Source of the DNA: the human T2T-CHM13v2.0 reference genome, Homo sapiens
Reading direction: 5' to 3'
DNA length: 64,000 bases
Assembly (NCBI GenBank): GCA_009914755.4
Contig: CP086569.2
Span: forward strand, 10,304,001 to 10,368,000
In this document: positions 1-13,500 of the stretch, in pieces
Numbering within the stretch: the stretch's first letter is position 1
Layout: each line of letters begins with the position of its first letter
The notes under the pieces: model-generated
Databases searched by the model: none
What the model was told of the DNA's origin: nothing
What the model saw: only the letters and a program-made list of their open reading frames with translations
Program-made: the position numbers and the translations under genes

Positions 1-395
1 GAAACACATAAATTGGCACATATACACCATGGAATACTATGCAGCCATAAAATATGATGAGGGACATGGATGAAACTGGAAACCATCATTCTCAGTCAAC
101 TATTGCAAGGACAAAAAACCAAACACCGCATATTCTCACTCACAGGTGGGAACTGAACAATGAGAACACATGGACACGGGAAGGGGAACATCACACACTG
201 GGGACTGTTGTGGGGTGGGGGGAGTGGGGAGGGATAGCATTAGGAGATATACCTAATGCTAAATGACAAGTTAATGGGTGCAGCACACCAACATGACACA
301 TGTATACATATGTAACAAACCTGCATGTTGTGCACATGTACCCTAAAACTTAAAGTATAATAATAACTAACTAAATAAATAAATAAATAAAAAGA
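1..395 (+). mobile_element. L1 (LINE-1) 3' end, 5'-truncated: C-terminal ORF2 codons plus 3'UTR and an A-rich/(AAAT)n tail. Young L1PA-type.
   Basis: Near-consensus L1 3' terminal sequence (ccatggaatactatgcagccataaaa...gggatagcattaggagatatacctaatgctaaatgacaagttaatgggtgcagcacaccaacatg...cttaaagtataataataa), followed by aaataaataaataaaaag. Confidence 0.9.
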
Positions 396-833
396 AAAAT
401 ATTTAATGAAATGTCGAAAGATATCTTAGAAAGCAAGTTGACTATTGTGTACTAATTGTGTAGAAATCCAGAATAGCAGAAATAAGAGTAACAACTACTC
501 ACTATTTCATCAGACAAAATATGGGAAATCATCTTTAAATACAAAAACATACTTATAATGAAAAACACTGGGTTTTTATTTGGTAGAAGTGTATTCAACC
601 TTCCCGATGGCAGGACTGGGCTGAATATTATATCAAAGACACTGATAGCTAATTAAAAGCATGTATGGATGCTGTGAAATGTGAGAACATAAGCAGAAGG
701 AATCTCTTTCCCAATCTGCTCTTCCACTTCTCTCCCTCAACCTCATGTAGCCTGACATGGGACAGTTGGCAGATACTTCATTCCAAGGAGTGAGACTAGC
801 AAGGCCAAATCTTTGATTTGAATTAGCACATAG

Positions 834-1127
<294 letters not shown>

Positions 1128-1239
1128 TAAAAAAATGGAAATTTGGATGTTATTAGATTCTTTCTTGTGTAGGACTTTCTTGCAGGAGTAAAGTATAACA
1201 GTATGTTTCTTTCTTTAGGTTGAAAAAAAAGTACCAGTC

Positions 1240-1535
1240 TGGCATGGTGACTCATGCCTGTAATCCCAGAACTTTGGGAGGCTGACGAGAGTGGATCACC
1301 TGAGGTCAGGAGTTCCAGACCCTCCTGGCCAACATGGTGAAACCCCATCTCTATCAAAAATACAAAAATTAGTTGGATGTGGTGGCATGCACCTGGATTT
1401 CCAGTTACTCTGGAGGCTGAGGGAGGAGAATCACTTGAACCTGGGAGGCAGTTGTAGTCAGCTGAAATCATGCCACTGCAGTCCAGACTGGGCAACAGAG
1501 TGAAACTCCACCTCAAAAATAAATAAATAAATAAA
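1240..1535 (+). mobile_element. Alu, full length, sense, with an (AAAT)n tail
   Basis: ggcatggtgactcatgcctgtaatcccagaactttgggaggctga...gcctggattt...cactgcagtccagactgggcaacagagtgaaactccacctcaaaaataaataaataaataaaa. Confidence 0.9.
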
Positions 1536-1560
1536 ATACAATAATAGAAAAAGAGGGAAT

Positions 1561-2456
1561 GGATTCCTCCCTAATTTATTTTATGAGGCCATCATCACCC
1601 TGATAACAAAACCTGACAAAGACACAACAGAAAAGAAAATTTCAGGCCAGTATTCCTGCTGAATATCAATGCAAAAATCCTCAATAAAGTCCTGGCAAAA
1701 TGAATCCAGAAGCACATCAAAAGGCTTAACCACTACAATAAAGTCAGCTTCATCCCTGGGATGCAAGCCTGGTTCAACATAGGCAAATGAATAAACATAA
1801 TTCATCAAATAAAGAGAAGTAATGACAAAAACCACATGATTATATCAATAGATTCAACACCCCTTCATTCTAAAACCTCTCAGCAAACTAGGTCTTGATG
1901 GTATGTATCTCCAAGTAATGAGCTATTTGTTATAAACTCACAGTCAATATCATACTGAATAGGCAAAAACTGGAAGCAATCCCTATGGCAACTGGCACAA
2001 GACCAGGGCAGGGCAATCAGGCAAGGGAAAGAAATAAAGAGTATTCTAATAAGAAGAGAGGAAGTCAAATTGTCTCTGTTTGCAGATAACATGATTGTAT
2101 ATTTAGAAAATCGCATCATCTCAGCCTGGAATCTCCTTAAGCGGAGAAGCAACTTCACCAAAGTCTCAGAGTACAAAATCAATGTGCAAAAATCACAAGC
2201 ATTCCTATACCCCAATAATAGAGAGCCAAATAGTGAGTGAACTCCTATTCACAATGGCTACCAAGAGAATAAAATCCCTTCAAGTACATCTTACAAGGGA
2301 TGTGAAGGACCTCTTCAAAGAGAACTACAAACCACCACTTAAGGAAATAAAAGAGGACACACGCAAATGGAAAAATATTCCATGTTCATGGATAGGAAGA
2401 ATCAATATGGTGAGAATGGCCATACTGCCCAAAGTAATTTATAAATTTATATATAT

Positions 2457-2487
<31 letters not shown>

Positions 2488-3845
2488 CACACACACACAC
2501 ACGCAACAGATCAGAGGCCTCAGAAATAACACCACACACCTACAACCATCTGATCTTAGACAAAACTAACAAAACAAAGCAATGCAGAGAGGATTCCCTA
2601 TTTAATAAACGTTGTTGGGAAAACTGGCTAGCCATATGCAGAAAATTGTAATGGGACCCCTTCTTTAGACTTTATACAAAAATTAACTCAAGATGCATTA
2701 AAGACTTAAATGTTAAGACCTAAACCCATAAAAAACTAGAAGAAAACCTAGGCAATACCGTTCAGGTCACAGGCATGGACAAAGACTTTATTACTAAAAC
2801 ACCAAAAACAATGGCAAAAAAGCCAAATTTGACAACTGAGATCTAATTGAATGAAATAACTTTTGCACAGCAAAAGAAAGTATCATAATATTGAAGAGGT
2901 GACCTGCAGAATGGGAGAAAAATTTTGCAATGTATCCACCTTACAAAGGGCTAATACCCAGGATCTACAATAAACTTAAACAAATGTACAAGAAAACAAA
3001 CAACCTCAACAAAAAGTGGGCGAAGGATATGACAAGACACTTCTCAAAAGAAGACACTTATGCAGCCAACAACCATAAGAAGAAAAGTTTATCATCACTG
3101 ATCATCAGAGTAATGCAAATCGAAACCACAAAGAGATACCATCTCATGCCTGTTAGAATGATGATCACTGTAAAGTCAAGAAACAACACACGCTGGAGAG
3201 AATGTGGAGAAATAGGAATGCTTTTACACTGTTGGTAGGAGTGTAAAATTAGTTCAACCATTGTGGAAGACCATGTGGTGATTCCTCAAGGATCTACAAC
3301 TAGAAATACCATTTGACCCAGCAATCCCATTACTAGGTATATAACCAAAGGATTATAAATCATTCGGCTATAAAGGCACATGTGCACATATGTTTATTAT
3401 GGCACTGTTCACAATAGCAGAGACTTGGAACCAATCCGAATGCCCATGGATGTTAGACTGGATAAAGAAAATATGGCATATATTTGCCATGGAATACTAT
3501 GCAGCCATAACAACGATGAGTTTATGTCCTTTGCAGGGACATGGATGAAGCTGGAAACCATCATTCTCAGCAAACTAACACAAGAACAGAAAACCAAACA
3601 CCATATGTTCTCACTCATAATTGAGAGTTGAATAATGACAACACATGCTTACAGGGAGGGGAACATTAGACACAGGGGCCTGTCGGTGGCAGGGGATAGG
3701 GAGGGATAGCATTAGGAAAAATACCTAATGTAGATGACGAGTTAATTGGTGCAGCAAGCCACCATGTCAAGTGTATACCTATGTAACAAACCTGACTGTT
3801 TCGCACATGTACCACAGAACTTAAAGTATAATAATAATTTTTTTA
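1561..3845 (+). mobile_element. L1 (LINE-1), 5'-truncated, ~2.3 kb: the 3' two-thirds of ORF2 plus the 3'UTR. Older L1PA/L1PB type with decayed ORF2.
   Basis: Colinear match to L1 ORF2 (atcatcaccctgataacaaaacc...catcaaaaggcttaaccactacaataaagtcagcttcatccctgggatgcaagcctggttcaacat...). Track ORFs 2182-2529, 2930-3238 and 3380-3631 translate to L1 ORF2 fragments (e.g. [60 protein letters not shown]). It ends with the L1 3'UTR and a poly-A tail around 3840. Confidence 0.9.
2440..2510. repeat. Compound (TA)n(CA)n microsatellite embedded in the L1
   Basis: tatatatatacacacacacacacacatatatatatatacacacacacacacgc. Confidence 0.9.
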
Positions 3846-6051
3846 AAAGGACCTTATTGAGAAAATTAAACTGAGAATCTTTGCCTTATTTGTGGTTTTG
3901 GCTTCTGAACAATCTCTAAATGTAATCTCCTTACACTTTTTGCATATGGTTAGTATTGGAGATAATGCTTTTCTTTAGTACTGAGAGTGGAGACTCCCAA
4001 TTTATGATCAAATAATTTAGCAGAATGCACTTGGGCCATATCATATCCATTTTGGGATGAGAGGACACTGTTGCTAAGTACTTACTGTCTGAAGTCACGA
4101 GAAGGAGCAAACATAAAATGCAGAAGTGAGTTTTCTGGATGCATACGTACATGTGGTCCTACAAAATTTTCTTTCTTTTGTTCAACAAATTTTATTTGGT
4201 ATACGTATACTGTTCAGTGTTGTGGATACAATAAGGATTGAGGAGTCAGTCCTTCACTCAAAAGACTTACCGTACAATGGGAAAAATGGAGGCCATCTCC
4301 CATGTCATTTCTCTATATCACTAAAGAAAATTTCAAAAACAAAATTCTTAAAATAAGGAATTTATATTATTATACAAATTATGTAATACCTAGATGTAAA
4401 TGGAATTACAAGCTGTTTTACCAAAACTACATGTTATTATTGAGATAAATTAGAAAATGTTTAATAATAGGATAAATATAACATATTCACAGATTAAAAA
4501 CAATGTTTTTAAGATTTATAATTTTTCTAAATTTATTTATGGATTCAATACACTCTCAATCAACGTCTCCTCATTTGCCTGTGTTATTAGTAAAGTCCAT
4601 CTCATACATGAGATACAATCTTGGATAAGAAAAGGAAGAGAGAAGTGAAATGAGAAAACTGAGCATATGAGCATTGTTCTTAAGGGACTATTTTTATTAT
4701 TGCATTGAGCTAAGACTACTTGATTTCCTTTTTTAATTTTTTTTTTGTGAATACACAGTCACTGTATGTATTTACTTGGTTTTTTGAATACAATTTTTCC
4801 TGATCCTGAGGTTTGAGATGCTCAAGAGGAACATCAGGTAACTTGAATACATAATAAAGAAGTTATAATTTATTTATTCCTCGGAGTATAATGCAGATAC
4901 ATGTAAGTCTTCCTATAAAGTTCTTAAAATATATATCTAATTTGCTTATAAAAAGTTGAACCATTTTTAGTCTTTTTAATATCAGTGCTCAATTCATCAT
5001 CATTCTTCATTTTCAGTATTTCTGTTATAGAATTTTATTAACTTTAATTTGGGCATTGAAACACTCGAACAGTATCATAAATTCTATTGCATCATGCATT
5101 CCACTGCTGCATGTGATACCATTAGAAAAGAAGTGCAGTGCATAAACAAATTTATTTAATATGTTATTTTCATTTATTTAAGTGTTTTGATCCAGATTAA
5201 AATTGATGAATATGAGCAAGAAGCCAAGACAAGGATGCAAAATTTTGACCAATTGATGAACACTGCTAACATTTTAATCTTTGTTATTTTGAGATAAAAA
5301 TTATGGGTTTTAAATTTGTAAACTCAGTAATTTGTAAAAATTCATGTGTGTGTTGATGTCTACCTATCTATCATCTATCTATATATACAACTTAACAATA
5401 AAACTATAGATAAAAGAACTGAACTTTATATTATATTTGCAGTATGCAATATTTTCCTGGGCATTATAGGCTTCATTTAGTCCATTTAATACACTATGAT
5501 TTCATAGTAATATGAAAATATATTTCTTAATGAACTACTTTACATTATTAATCAGCTATATATAGGAAGACAAAGTTGAGATAAGGACCAAATATAGCCA
5601 TTTTTAATAAAATAGTCCAAGGCATCACCATGTTCTATGTTCTAATGAGGTGCTACTATAAATTTAAAATCACTTTTAATGGCAAATATAAAGTATTATT
5701 GAAGCTAATTAACTTCCGTAGATTCCCAGAGATAAGACGTCTTATTCCTTTCACTTAGAGGGTGTGTGTATGTCTCAGGGAAGAATTTAGCTGAGGTTGT
5801 ATTTGATTAGATTGATTAAATATGCATTTTACTCCATAAATATAATTTTTATGTGTATTACTTGAATATCTATTTCTAAAAACGTAGAGCTTTTCTTTAT
5901 TTCATGCTGTTTGCCCCGGTCTACTAGGGGTTTGAATAGGGAAATCAGCTGTGTTCCTGAAAATGTGAATATATTCCTAAACATGTTCTCTATCTCATCT
6001 GTAATCTTGTGCACCAAGAAAGTCAACGCATTGCCCATTCCATTGTGAATA

Positions 6052-6340
6052 CTTTGTTTTTGAGATGGAGTTTGGATCCCATCATGCAGGAGTGCAGTGG
6101 TACAATCTCAGCCCACTCCAATCTCTACCTCCTGTGTTCAAGTGATTCTCCTGCCTCAGCCTCCTGAGTAGCTGGCATTACAGGTATGTGCCACCATGCT
6201 CAGCTAATTTTTCTATTTTTAGTAGAGATGGGATTTCCCCATTTTGGCCAGGCTCATCTCAAACTCCTGACCTCAGGTGATCCAGCTGCCTTGCCTCCCA
6301 AAGTGCTAGGATTACAGGTGTGAGCCACCATGCCTGGCCA
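6052..6340 (-). mobile_element. Alu, full length, antisense
   Basis: tttttgagatggagtttggatcccatcatgcaggagtgcagtggtacaatctcagcccactcc...ggattacaggtgtgagccaccatgcctggcc. Confidence 0.9.
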
Positions 6341-9034
6341 GAAAAAAAAAAAAATCTGTTTTCACTTTTTGCTCATAGTGTCCATACAGTTTCTCTTCTT
6401 CTTGCCTTCTCTAATCAAGAGATATGTATCTCTCCATCTTTCTGTGTAAATCTTTTTAAATCTTTCTTCCTCATTTCCTATGCCATCTCTTCTCTGAAAG
6501 AAATGATTATCTTCTGCTGTACTCAATCTCCCTCTCCATTCAGCCTTCATAATACTAATATACCTCTGTATCTCTCTCACAGCACCATTCACTTTTTATT
6601 TTCTATCATGGTTAATCAGCTTTACAAACATTCCTTGAGGGAGGGGTTTTTATCTAATTTATTTACTTTTTCCTCCCACAAAACTAATACAACAGTTTGA
6701 GGGCCATTGGTGCTCAACAAACACTTTAAATGGTTTATTTATTCAAGACGGTAAATCAAGTCAGGTAGATATTACCCGTCTTTTCCTTTAAAGTGTAAAG
6801 ACTGGAAAACTCCAAAAATCCAGAAATACCAAAGCCTGATCATGATGGAACTGGCATAGAGTGTAAATCATTATTTACAATTGAGCCTCAGGTTCCTCAA
6901 CTCATTTTTAATCCCTGAATCTTTTAGACACCACTTTTCTTCATCAAATCATACACTGTATAAGAATTAATTATTCTTAACTTTTGGCTAACCATGATAT
7001 CCCTTTTCCCCCATGTCCATTCTTATTTTTTTATACAACAGAATTTTTGGCTTATTGTATAACTGCACAGATCAATACATTATATTCCTGCTTTGCCTGA
7101 GGTCAGACATAACCATGTTATAAATTTCTGTGTGGTGCAATACATCAGAATAGGTTTGTGCAACTTCTGGGCTGTGCCTTTCAAAGGAGGGAACTGTCAT
7201 TCCATTGTCCTTATAAATCATCTGGCTGGCTGGCTAGAATGTGGTCATGACTACAGGAGTTGGAACAGCCTTCTTGCACCATAAGATGTTGTCTGTTGAG
7301 GAGAGCAGAACAACAAAATAGAGGGAACATAGGTCTCTAAAAACGTTGAGGATTACAGCAACCACATCAGCTTAGAATTGTATATAAGAGAAAAGTTAAC
7401 TTCTGTCTCATTTGAAACTACAATTATATTTTAATGAAGCAGAACTCACTGATTCCACTGTTGCTATTATCCCTACCACTATTGTACCGGCAACCTTTAC
7501 TACAGAATCAAATAAAGTTATCATGACAGGTTATCAGAAACCAACTGGATTGGTATCTTGCCATCCCCATCTCATATTTGTCAACTTAGATGACAAACGG
7601 ATAAATGCTAGAATATAAAATAAATCTCAAATTAAAACTTAACACAATTTCCTCTGAACCATGCCTAGGTTTTGGTTTTTGCTTTTATTCTCCATTCAGC
7701 AGTGAAAGAAAAGAGAATATTTCAATAATTATTATATAATATAATATATATGTTACTTATTCTAATAATTTAATTTTAAAATAATTTAAGAATAAACATA
7801 TTTATAAAATTATTGACTTTAAAACTTTCATTTAACAATAATATGTATTCTATGATACAGTTTTTGCTTAGAAATATATATTTATATATTCATGTACATT
7901 TGTATGAATGTGTCAATGTATATTCAAATAAATATCATGAAAGTTTACATAATGACTTCTCAGTTATGCCCTCTGGGAGAGCAATTAAAAATGGTAAGTG
8001 AATAACTTTGGCTGTTTTATTATATACTCATGTATTAATTAAAGTTTTCAATAAGCATTGGTCTTTTATCAGCAGCATGAAAACAGACTAATACAATGAA
8101 TTGTTATGAGGAGTGGGGTGCTGCCGAAAAGATACCTGCAAATGTGGAAGCGACTTTGAAACTGGGTAACAGGCAGATACTGGAACAGTTTGGAAAGCTC
8201 AGAAAAAGAAAGAAAATATGGAAGAGTTTGGAACTTCCTAGAGATTTGTTGAATGGCTTTGACAAAAATACTGATAGTGATATGAACAATATGTCCAGGC
8301 TGAGGTGGTCTGAGATGGAGAGGAAAAACTTGTTGGGAGCTGCAGGAAAGGTGACTCTTGTTATATTTTAGCAAAGAGACTGGCAGCATATTGCCCCTGC
8401 CCTGCAGATTTGTGAAACTTTGAACTTGAGAGAGATGATATCAGGTAGCAGTCTCAGGGCATATGCCTGCAGCTGCAGGAAGATGTATGGGAACACACAC
8501 AACTCTCACTCCCAGATAAGCACAACAAAGAGACAGAGACGTAGTCCAAGCCTCTGACATACTCTTCCACCCTGAATCCTTAGAAACTGTTAGTGTGTAA
8601 GAAACTGTCCCTTTAACTCACTCAGCCAGAAAAACCTCTCATATTTGTTTTCTTTAAAATAAACCTGTCCTTCACCGTCAAGCCACCTTTCTTGTTTCTT
8701 TCCTCTTTCTTCAGTTCCTAGGTTTGATGCCAAAACCTTTGACTGGTGTTGGGAGCAGAGGCTTTCTTGCAACCCAGGAAGCAGTGAGCAATGGTAGCTC
8801 ATCCTGAGTTAACTCCTGTATCCTAAAGGTCTCTGGCCACATGCCCCATCTTTTCTCTCACTTCACTTTTCAAGTGATTTGTGTGAGGAGGACAACTAAC
8901 TTGAAGGGACTGTGAGGGCCAGGCTGAGGCTACTCCCCAGTGGGCTCTCAAAACACTCAGGTCTCAGGAATCCACTTCTGACCACCTGCAATGAGTATTT
9001 TGTTCCCTAACCCTCCCTCGCAACCTCTTCGTCT

Positions 9035-9095
9035 TCTTTCTCTCTGTCTTTCTCTCTCTCTCTCTCTCCATCTCTCTCTCTCTCTCTCTCTCTTC
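9035..9095. repeat. (CT)n microsatellite
   Basis: ctttctctctctctctctctctccatctctctctctctctctctctcttcc. Confidence 0.95.
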
Positions 9096-9789
9096 CTGAA
9101 ATGGCTACAATCTGGGAGGGCCTTTGCCAATTCCATCCAGAAAATCCAATATCAGATACTAATTCGGATGACTGGTGACATCTGCCTTCTCCTGGCTTTC
9201 TGCCCTTGCTGGAGAAAGTCGGGCCTGCCGTCCAGGTCTTGGGAGGTCCAATGGGACTAATGGGGCTGAGCTAGAGGAAATCTTGGCACCCAGTTCCTTC
9301 TCAGCTTAAGGATACTATTTTGGAAGGAGGACTCTCGGTCTCTGTCTTTTGTCTGGGGATGCCTAGAACAAAACAGACACACCTAGCTTCCACTTACCAG
9401 TCCACATGGGTGCCAAACAATCTCATATCCCTACATCCTCCCCACTGGACTGCTGTATTCACAACCTAGCCAAGCTTGGCTTATGGCAGACCTTAAAGCC
9501 GAAGTATTTAATTTTCTACTTCAACAGAGATTTAACAACTTTATTACTAGAAATGACAAATGACAAGAGGTTTCCTCAGATTCAGGCTTTCTGCTACAGT
9601 CAACCTCACCCCTCCTCCTTTTCTACCTGTTCAAAAACTACTCCAACCAGTTAAATCTTCTCTGCCATTCTCCCTCTCCAGGAAGTGGCTAGGGTTAAAG
9701 GCAGTCCTTGCATTCATGCCCCCTTCTCCATGTCTAATTTGTGGCAAATCGAACGGCTTCTGGGATTTTTCTCTAAAAATCCCTCTCAA

Positions 9790-10222
9790 CAATGATAGAC
9801 TGGATTAAGAAAATGTGGCACATATACACCATGGAATACTATGCAGCCACAAAAAATGATGAGTTCATGTCCTTTGTAGGGACATGGATGAAATCGGAAA
9901 TCATCATTCTCAGTAAACTATCGCAAGGACAAAAAACCAAACACCGCATGTTCTCACTCATAGGTGTGAATTGAACAATGAGAACACATGGACACAGGAA
10001 GGGGAACATCACACTCTGGGGACTGTTGTGGGGTGGGAGGAGGGGGGAGGGATAGCATTAGGAGATATACCTAATGCTAAATGACGAGTTAATGGGTGCA
10101 GCACACCAACATGGCACATGTATACATATGTAACTAACCTGCACATTGTGCACATGTACCCTACAACTTAAAGTATAATAATAATAATAATAGTAAAATT
10201 CCTCAAAAGAAAAAAAAAACCC
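9790..10222 (+). mobile_element. L1 3' end, 5'-truncated. Very young L1PA/L1HS-like; close to the copy at 1-395.
   Basis: caatgatagactggattaagaaaatgtggcacatatacaccatggaatactatgcagccacaaaaaatgatgagttcatgtcctttgtagggacatggatgaaatcgg...cttaaagtataataataataataatagtaaaa followed by an A run. This is almost the L1HS/L1PA2 consensus tail. Confidence 0.9.
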
Positions 10223-10543
10223 TCTCATTAGCACAGGAAATTCCTGCACATAACCCAGGCCTTTAACTTGGCATACCATATATATAATTCTATCTCCACC
10301 CTTACCCTTAAAAAAAAAGAGTGCTCAGCTTAATTAAAATGGATATCTAAGCTATAAGTATATTCAAAAGTCATTTATCATTTTCTCTTCATAAATCTTG
10401 TTTTCCTAAAAAAGGCTTTTTTCTCAGTCAAAATTTCTTTTCTTCACTCTGTCTTGCCACTCTTGGTGCATGCATAAAAGACCCCAGAATAACTTGATGG
10501 CCTAGGAATCCGTAGGAAGATAGAAAATTTTCCACAAATCCCA

Positions 10544-10845
10544 GGCCAGGTGCAGTGGCTCATGCCTGTAATCCCAGCACATTGCGAGTCTAGGTGGGTG
10601 GAGTACCTGAGTTCTGGAGTTCGAGACCAGCCTATCCAACATGGAGAAACACCATCTCTACGGAAAATACAAAATTACCTGGGCATTGTGGTGCATGTCT
10701 GTAATCGCAGATAACTCCATAGACTGAGGCAGGAGAATCTCTTGAACCCAGGAAGCAGAGGTTGTGGTGAACTGAGATTGTCCCATTGTACTCCAGCCTG
10801 GGCAAATGAGTGAAACATGCAAAAATAAAGGAAAAAAAAAAGAGT
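10544..10845 (+). mobile_element. Alu, sense
   Basis: ggccaggtgcagtggctcatgcctgtaatcccagcacattg...ccattgtactccagcctgggcaaatgagtgaaacatgcaaaaataaaggaaaaaaaaaag. Confidence 0.9.
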
Positions 10846-13149
10846 AAAACATAAGGAGCATAGGTTTTTCCTGCCCTTCTGAAATCCCAGAGGCAGAGGT
10901 ATGGAGTTAAAGGAAAGTTTTGCCCCCTTGCGATTTGATCGCTAAAAAAGAACTTCACCATGTGGTGTTTGTGGCAACATAGGTCACCTATGGCACAGAA
11001 AAAGTAAAATAAGGGTATGGCATTGTTAAGCAGAGAGAGAATGCTGAGATAAGTTTCAGAGATGCTCTTATGTGGGGGGCCAAAGATAGGACTCCACTGT
11101 GCTCCCGTGTCTCCTGGAAGAGATGGAAGAGAACTCAGCGCAGTGCTAGGAGGCATTCCCAGGGCTACCCTGACAAGAGATAAGGTAGTCATGGTGCTGA
11201 AGCCACAGTATAAACAGCCTCGTTGGGCATCTAATAGAAGGTTTATTTATTTATGTATTTATTTTCAAACTTTTGAAAATAAAAGAAGAGCACAACTAAC
11301 TCCTGAATCATCCAATACAACAAGTCACAAATTTATGCTGTCACTCAGAACAGAGCATGAGAATTTCAGAAATGATCCAGAAATCCTACAGTAAAGATCT
11401 GGGTGAAATCAGGTGCACAAAGGTCACGCCAGGAGCCTCCCATCTCTTTTCCACTTTTTAAAGGGCAAGTGTTCCATTTGTGACCCTCCTGACATTCTCA
11501 TTTGCTACTTTGGAACTTATAAGGGGCACTCTGTAAAACAAAGCTCTTTCCTGAAAAACAAAAACAAAAACAAATAAACAACAGTGTTAGATACTATTAA
11601 TTAGCCACTTCAAACCTCCACCATAAATTTGTCAGGGTCAGGGCTTGTGAGGAAGATTAGGTTGATAAATCACACCCAACAACTTTCAAGTACTGCTACA
11701 TCACAGTTGTTCTATGCGTAAATTTGTAGCACTACCACAACACTTAGATTTAATGTCTTTCCATCTACTTCAGTTCATTCACATTTCATATGTAATTCGT
11801 ACGGTTTTAAAAATACATACTTAAGATATGTGTACTGCTTTCAGTAAAGGAATCTAAAATGAAAAGTATTCTGATCCAGAGTAAAAAAATTGTATGTTTT
11901 GTGGCTGATGCTGTCTCTGCTGCCAACTGGCTCTGTATCCTAGGCCAAGTCCTTTAATTTCTCTGGGCATTCATTTTCTCCAGAAAATGAGCAGACTGGA
12001 CTAAATCATTGCTGAGGTCTATTTTGATTTCTGACATCCTTCACTCATAGGAGTGATAAAATAAGGATGGCTGAGATGATCATGGTTAGACTGGCATTAA
12101 TCATTAAACAATGTTAACAAGTGTACAACCATTTAGTGAGTTCAGGCCATCTGCCTGGCAAAAAGTAAGTCATTTTATACAGGTTATTTCTAATCATTTA
12201 AACAACCACATGAGGAAATAGAAGTTGAGAGAGTTTGTAATTTGCTCCATGCTACACAGTTGGTAACTGGCATAGCCAGACTTCTCACTCATGTTTTCTC
12301 TGAAGCTTCTAAATTATATATAATACTTATTTTCTGTCCTTTTAAATTGTTTGATTTGAAGATAACAGCTTCCAGTCATTGTGAAAATTTTATACATCAT
12401 CCAAGCTTCCCATTCTCTCTGAAGCTCTATTTATAGCATTGAGGCAAAGCAATCTATGTCCTGAACTCATGAAGAATTCACTTCGATCATGCATTTAGTA
12501 CTTATTTTCAAAGCTAATACATTTTTCTAATCTCCTGTAACTATCTCCTGTGTCCTTCCCACAAAACTATAAATGCTCTGAAGCAATGTCAAGAAATGCT
12601 TGGGAGGAGCGTGGCATCAATAGGGCTGGAACTCGAGTGAAGAGACTAAGGTGTCTGCCATCAAAACCTCAGGAGGTCTCATTGTCTGGACTTCACCAGT
12701 GCTGGGTCAGCTTAGCTGGTTCCTGGCCCCGGACAGCCCATAGCAGCTGGTGGATGGCTAACTCACTGAAACGGTCTGAATGAAGTTCAACAAACTTAGT
12801 TCTCGACTCTGATAACCACTGATTTGGCTGCCCGAAGAGATCCTATGTAGTGCCTGGAAAATCAATCTGGTGAAAACAAAACTGAAGTCCAGAAGGCAGA
12901 GTAGAGGAAAGCCAGTGGAAATGCCTTCCTTGGTAGCATATTACTGTAGTATAATGAGTCACCAAATATCTGAAACACAAACTCATTCTGTTATTCCCTA
13001 GAGCTAAAAGCCCCAGCAATATAATGTTGTAAATGGAAAGATTTTTGAAGAAATTCCTTTAGCTTTCTTCAGCCCTTGACCTATGTGGGTTAGTGCCATA
13101 GCAAAACATCACACACTTCTTGGTGACACTTGGTAACATTATCAAACAA

Positions 13150-13500
13150 ACAAACAAAAAACCACACACACAGAAATTTATTGTCTCATATTTCTGGAGA
13201 CTGGAAGTCCAAGTCAAGATGTCATCACCTTTGATTTTTTTCTGAGACCTCTGTCCTTGGCTTACAGATGGGGGCCCACCCTTTTCGTGTTTACATGGTC
13301 TTTTCTCTGTGCTCAGGCATTCCTGGTGTACCCTTGCGTGTCAAAATGTCCTCCTCTTATAAGGCCACCAGCGAGACTGGAATAATGCCATATCCAATTG
13401 CTTTCGTTTAACATAATTACATTTTTAAAGCCCTTATAGCCAAATACAGTAACATTCTGATGTAATGGTTTTAGGACTTTAATATGAATGGGTTGGGGCT
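13150..13500 (+). repeat. Ancient mammalian interspersed-repeat fragment. I cannot name the family with certainty.
   Basis: Matches a widespread old repeat consensus I recognise by eye (cacagaaatttattgtctcatatttctggagactggaagtccaagtcaagatgtc...tcctcctcttataaggccaccag...ccatatccaattg...cattctgatgtaatggttttaggactttaatatgaatgggttggggcttgggaaatcagcccataataccataag). Confidence 0.5.

Noticed and set aside
2182-3631. ORFs 2182-2529, 2930-3238 and 3380-3631 with protein-like sequence
   Set aside because: They are real protein-derived sequence, but L1 ORF2 remnants (reverse transcriptase / C-terminal region) of a 5'-truncated, decayed L1. They are not host genes.
8096-8980. 91-aa plus ORF and surrounding ~900 bp with an LTR-like look
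   Set aside because: There is no confident family match from memory and no coding signal. I left it unannotated rather than guess.
10632-11192. 186-aa minus-strand ORF, the longest outside the GC-rich block
   Set aside because: Its 3' half is the translation of the Alu at 10544-10845 (..[16 protein letters not shown] Alu peptides). The remainder is low-complexity. It has no homology signal and no splice context.
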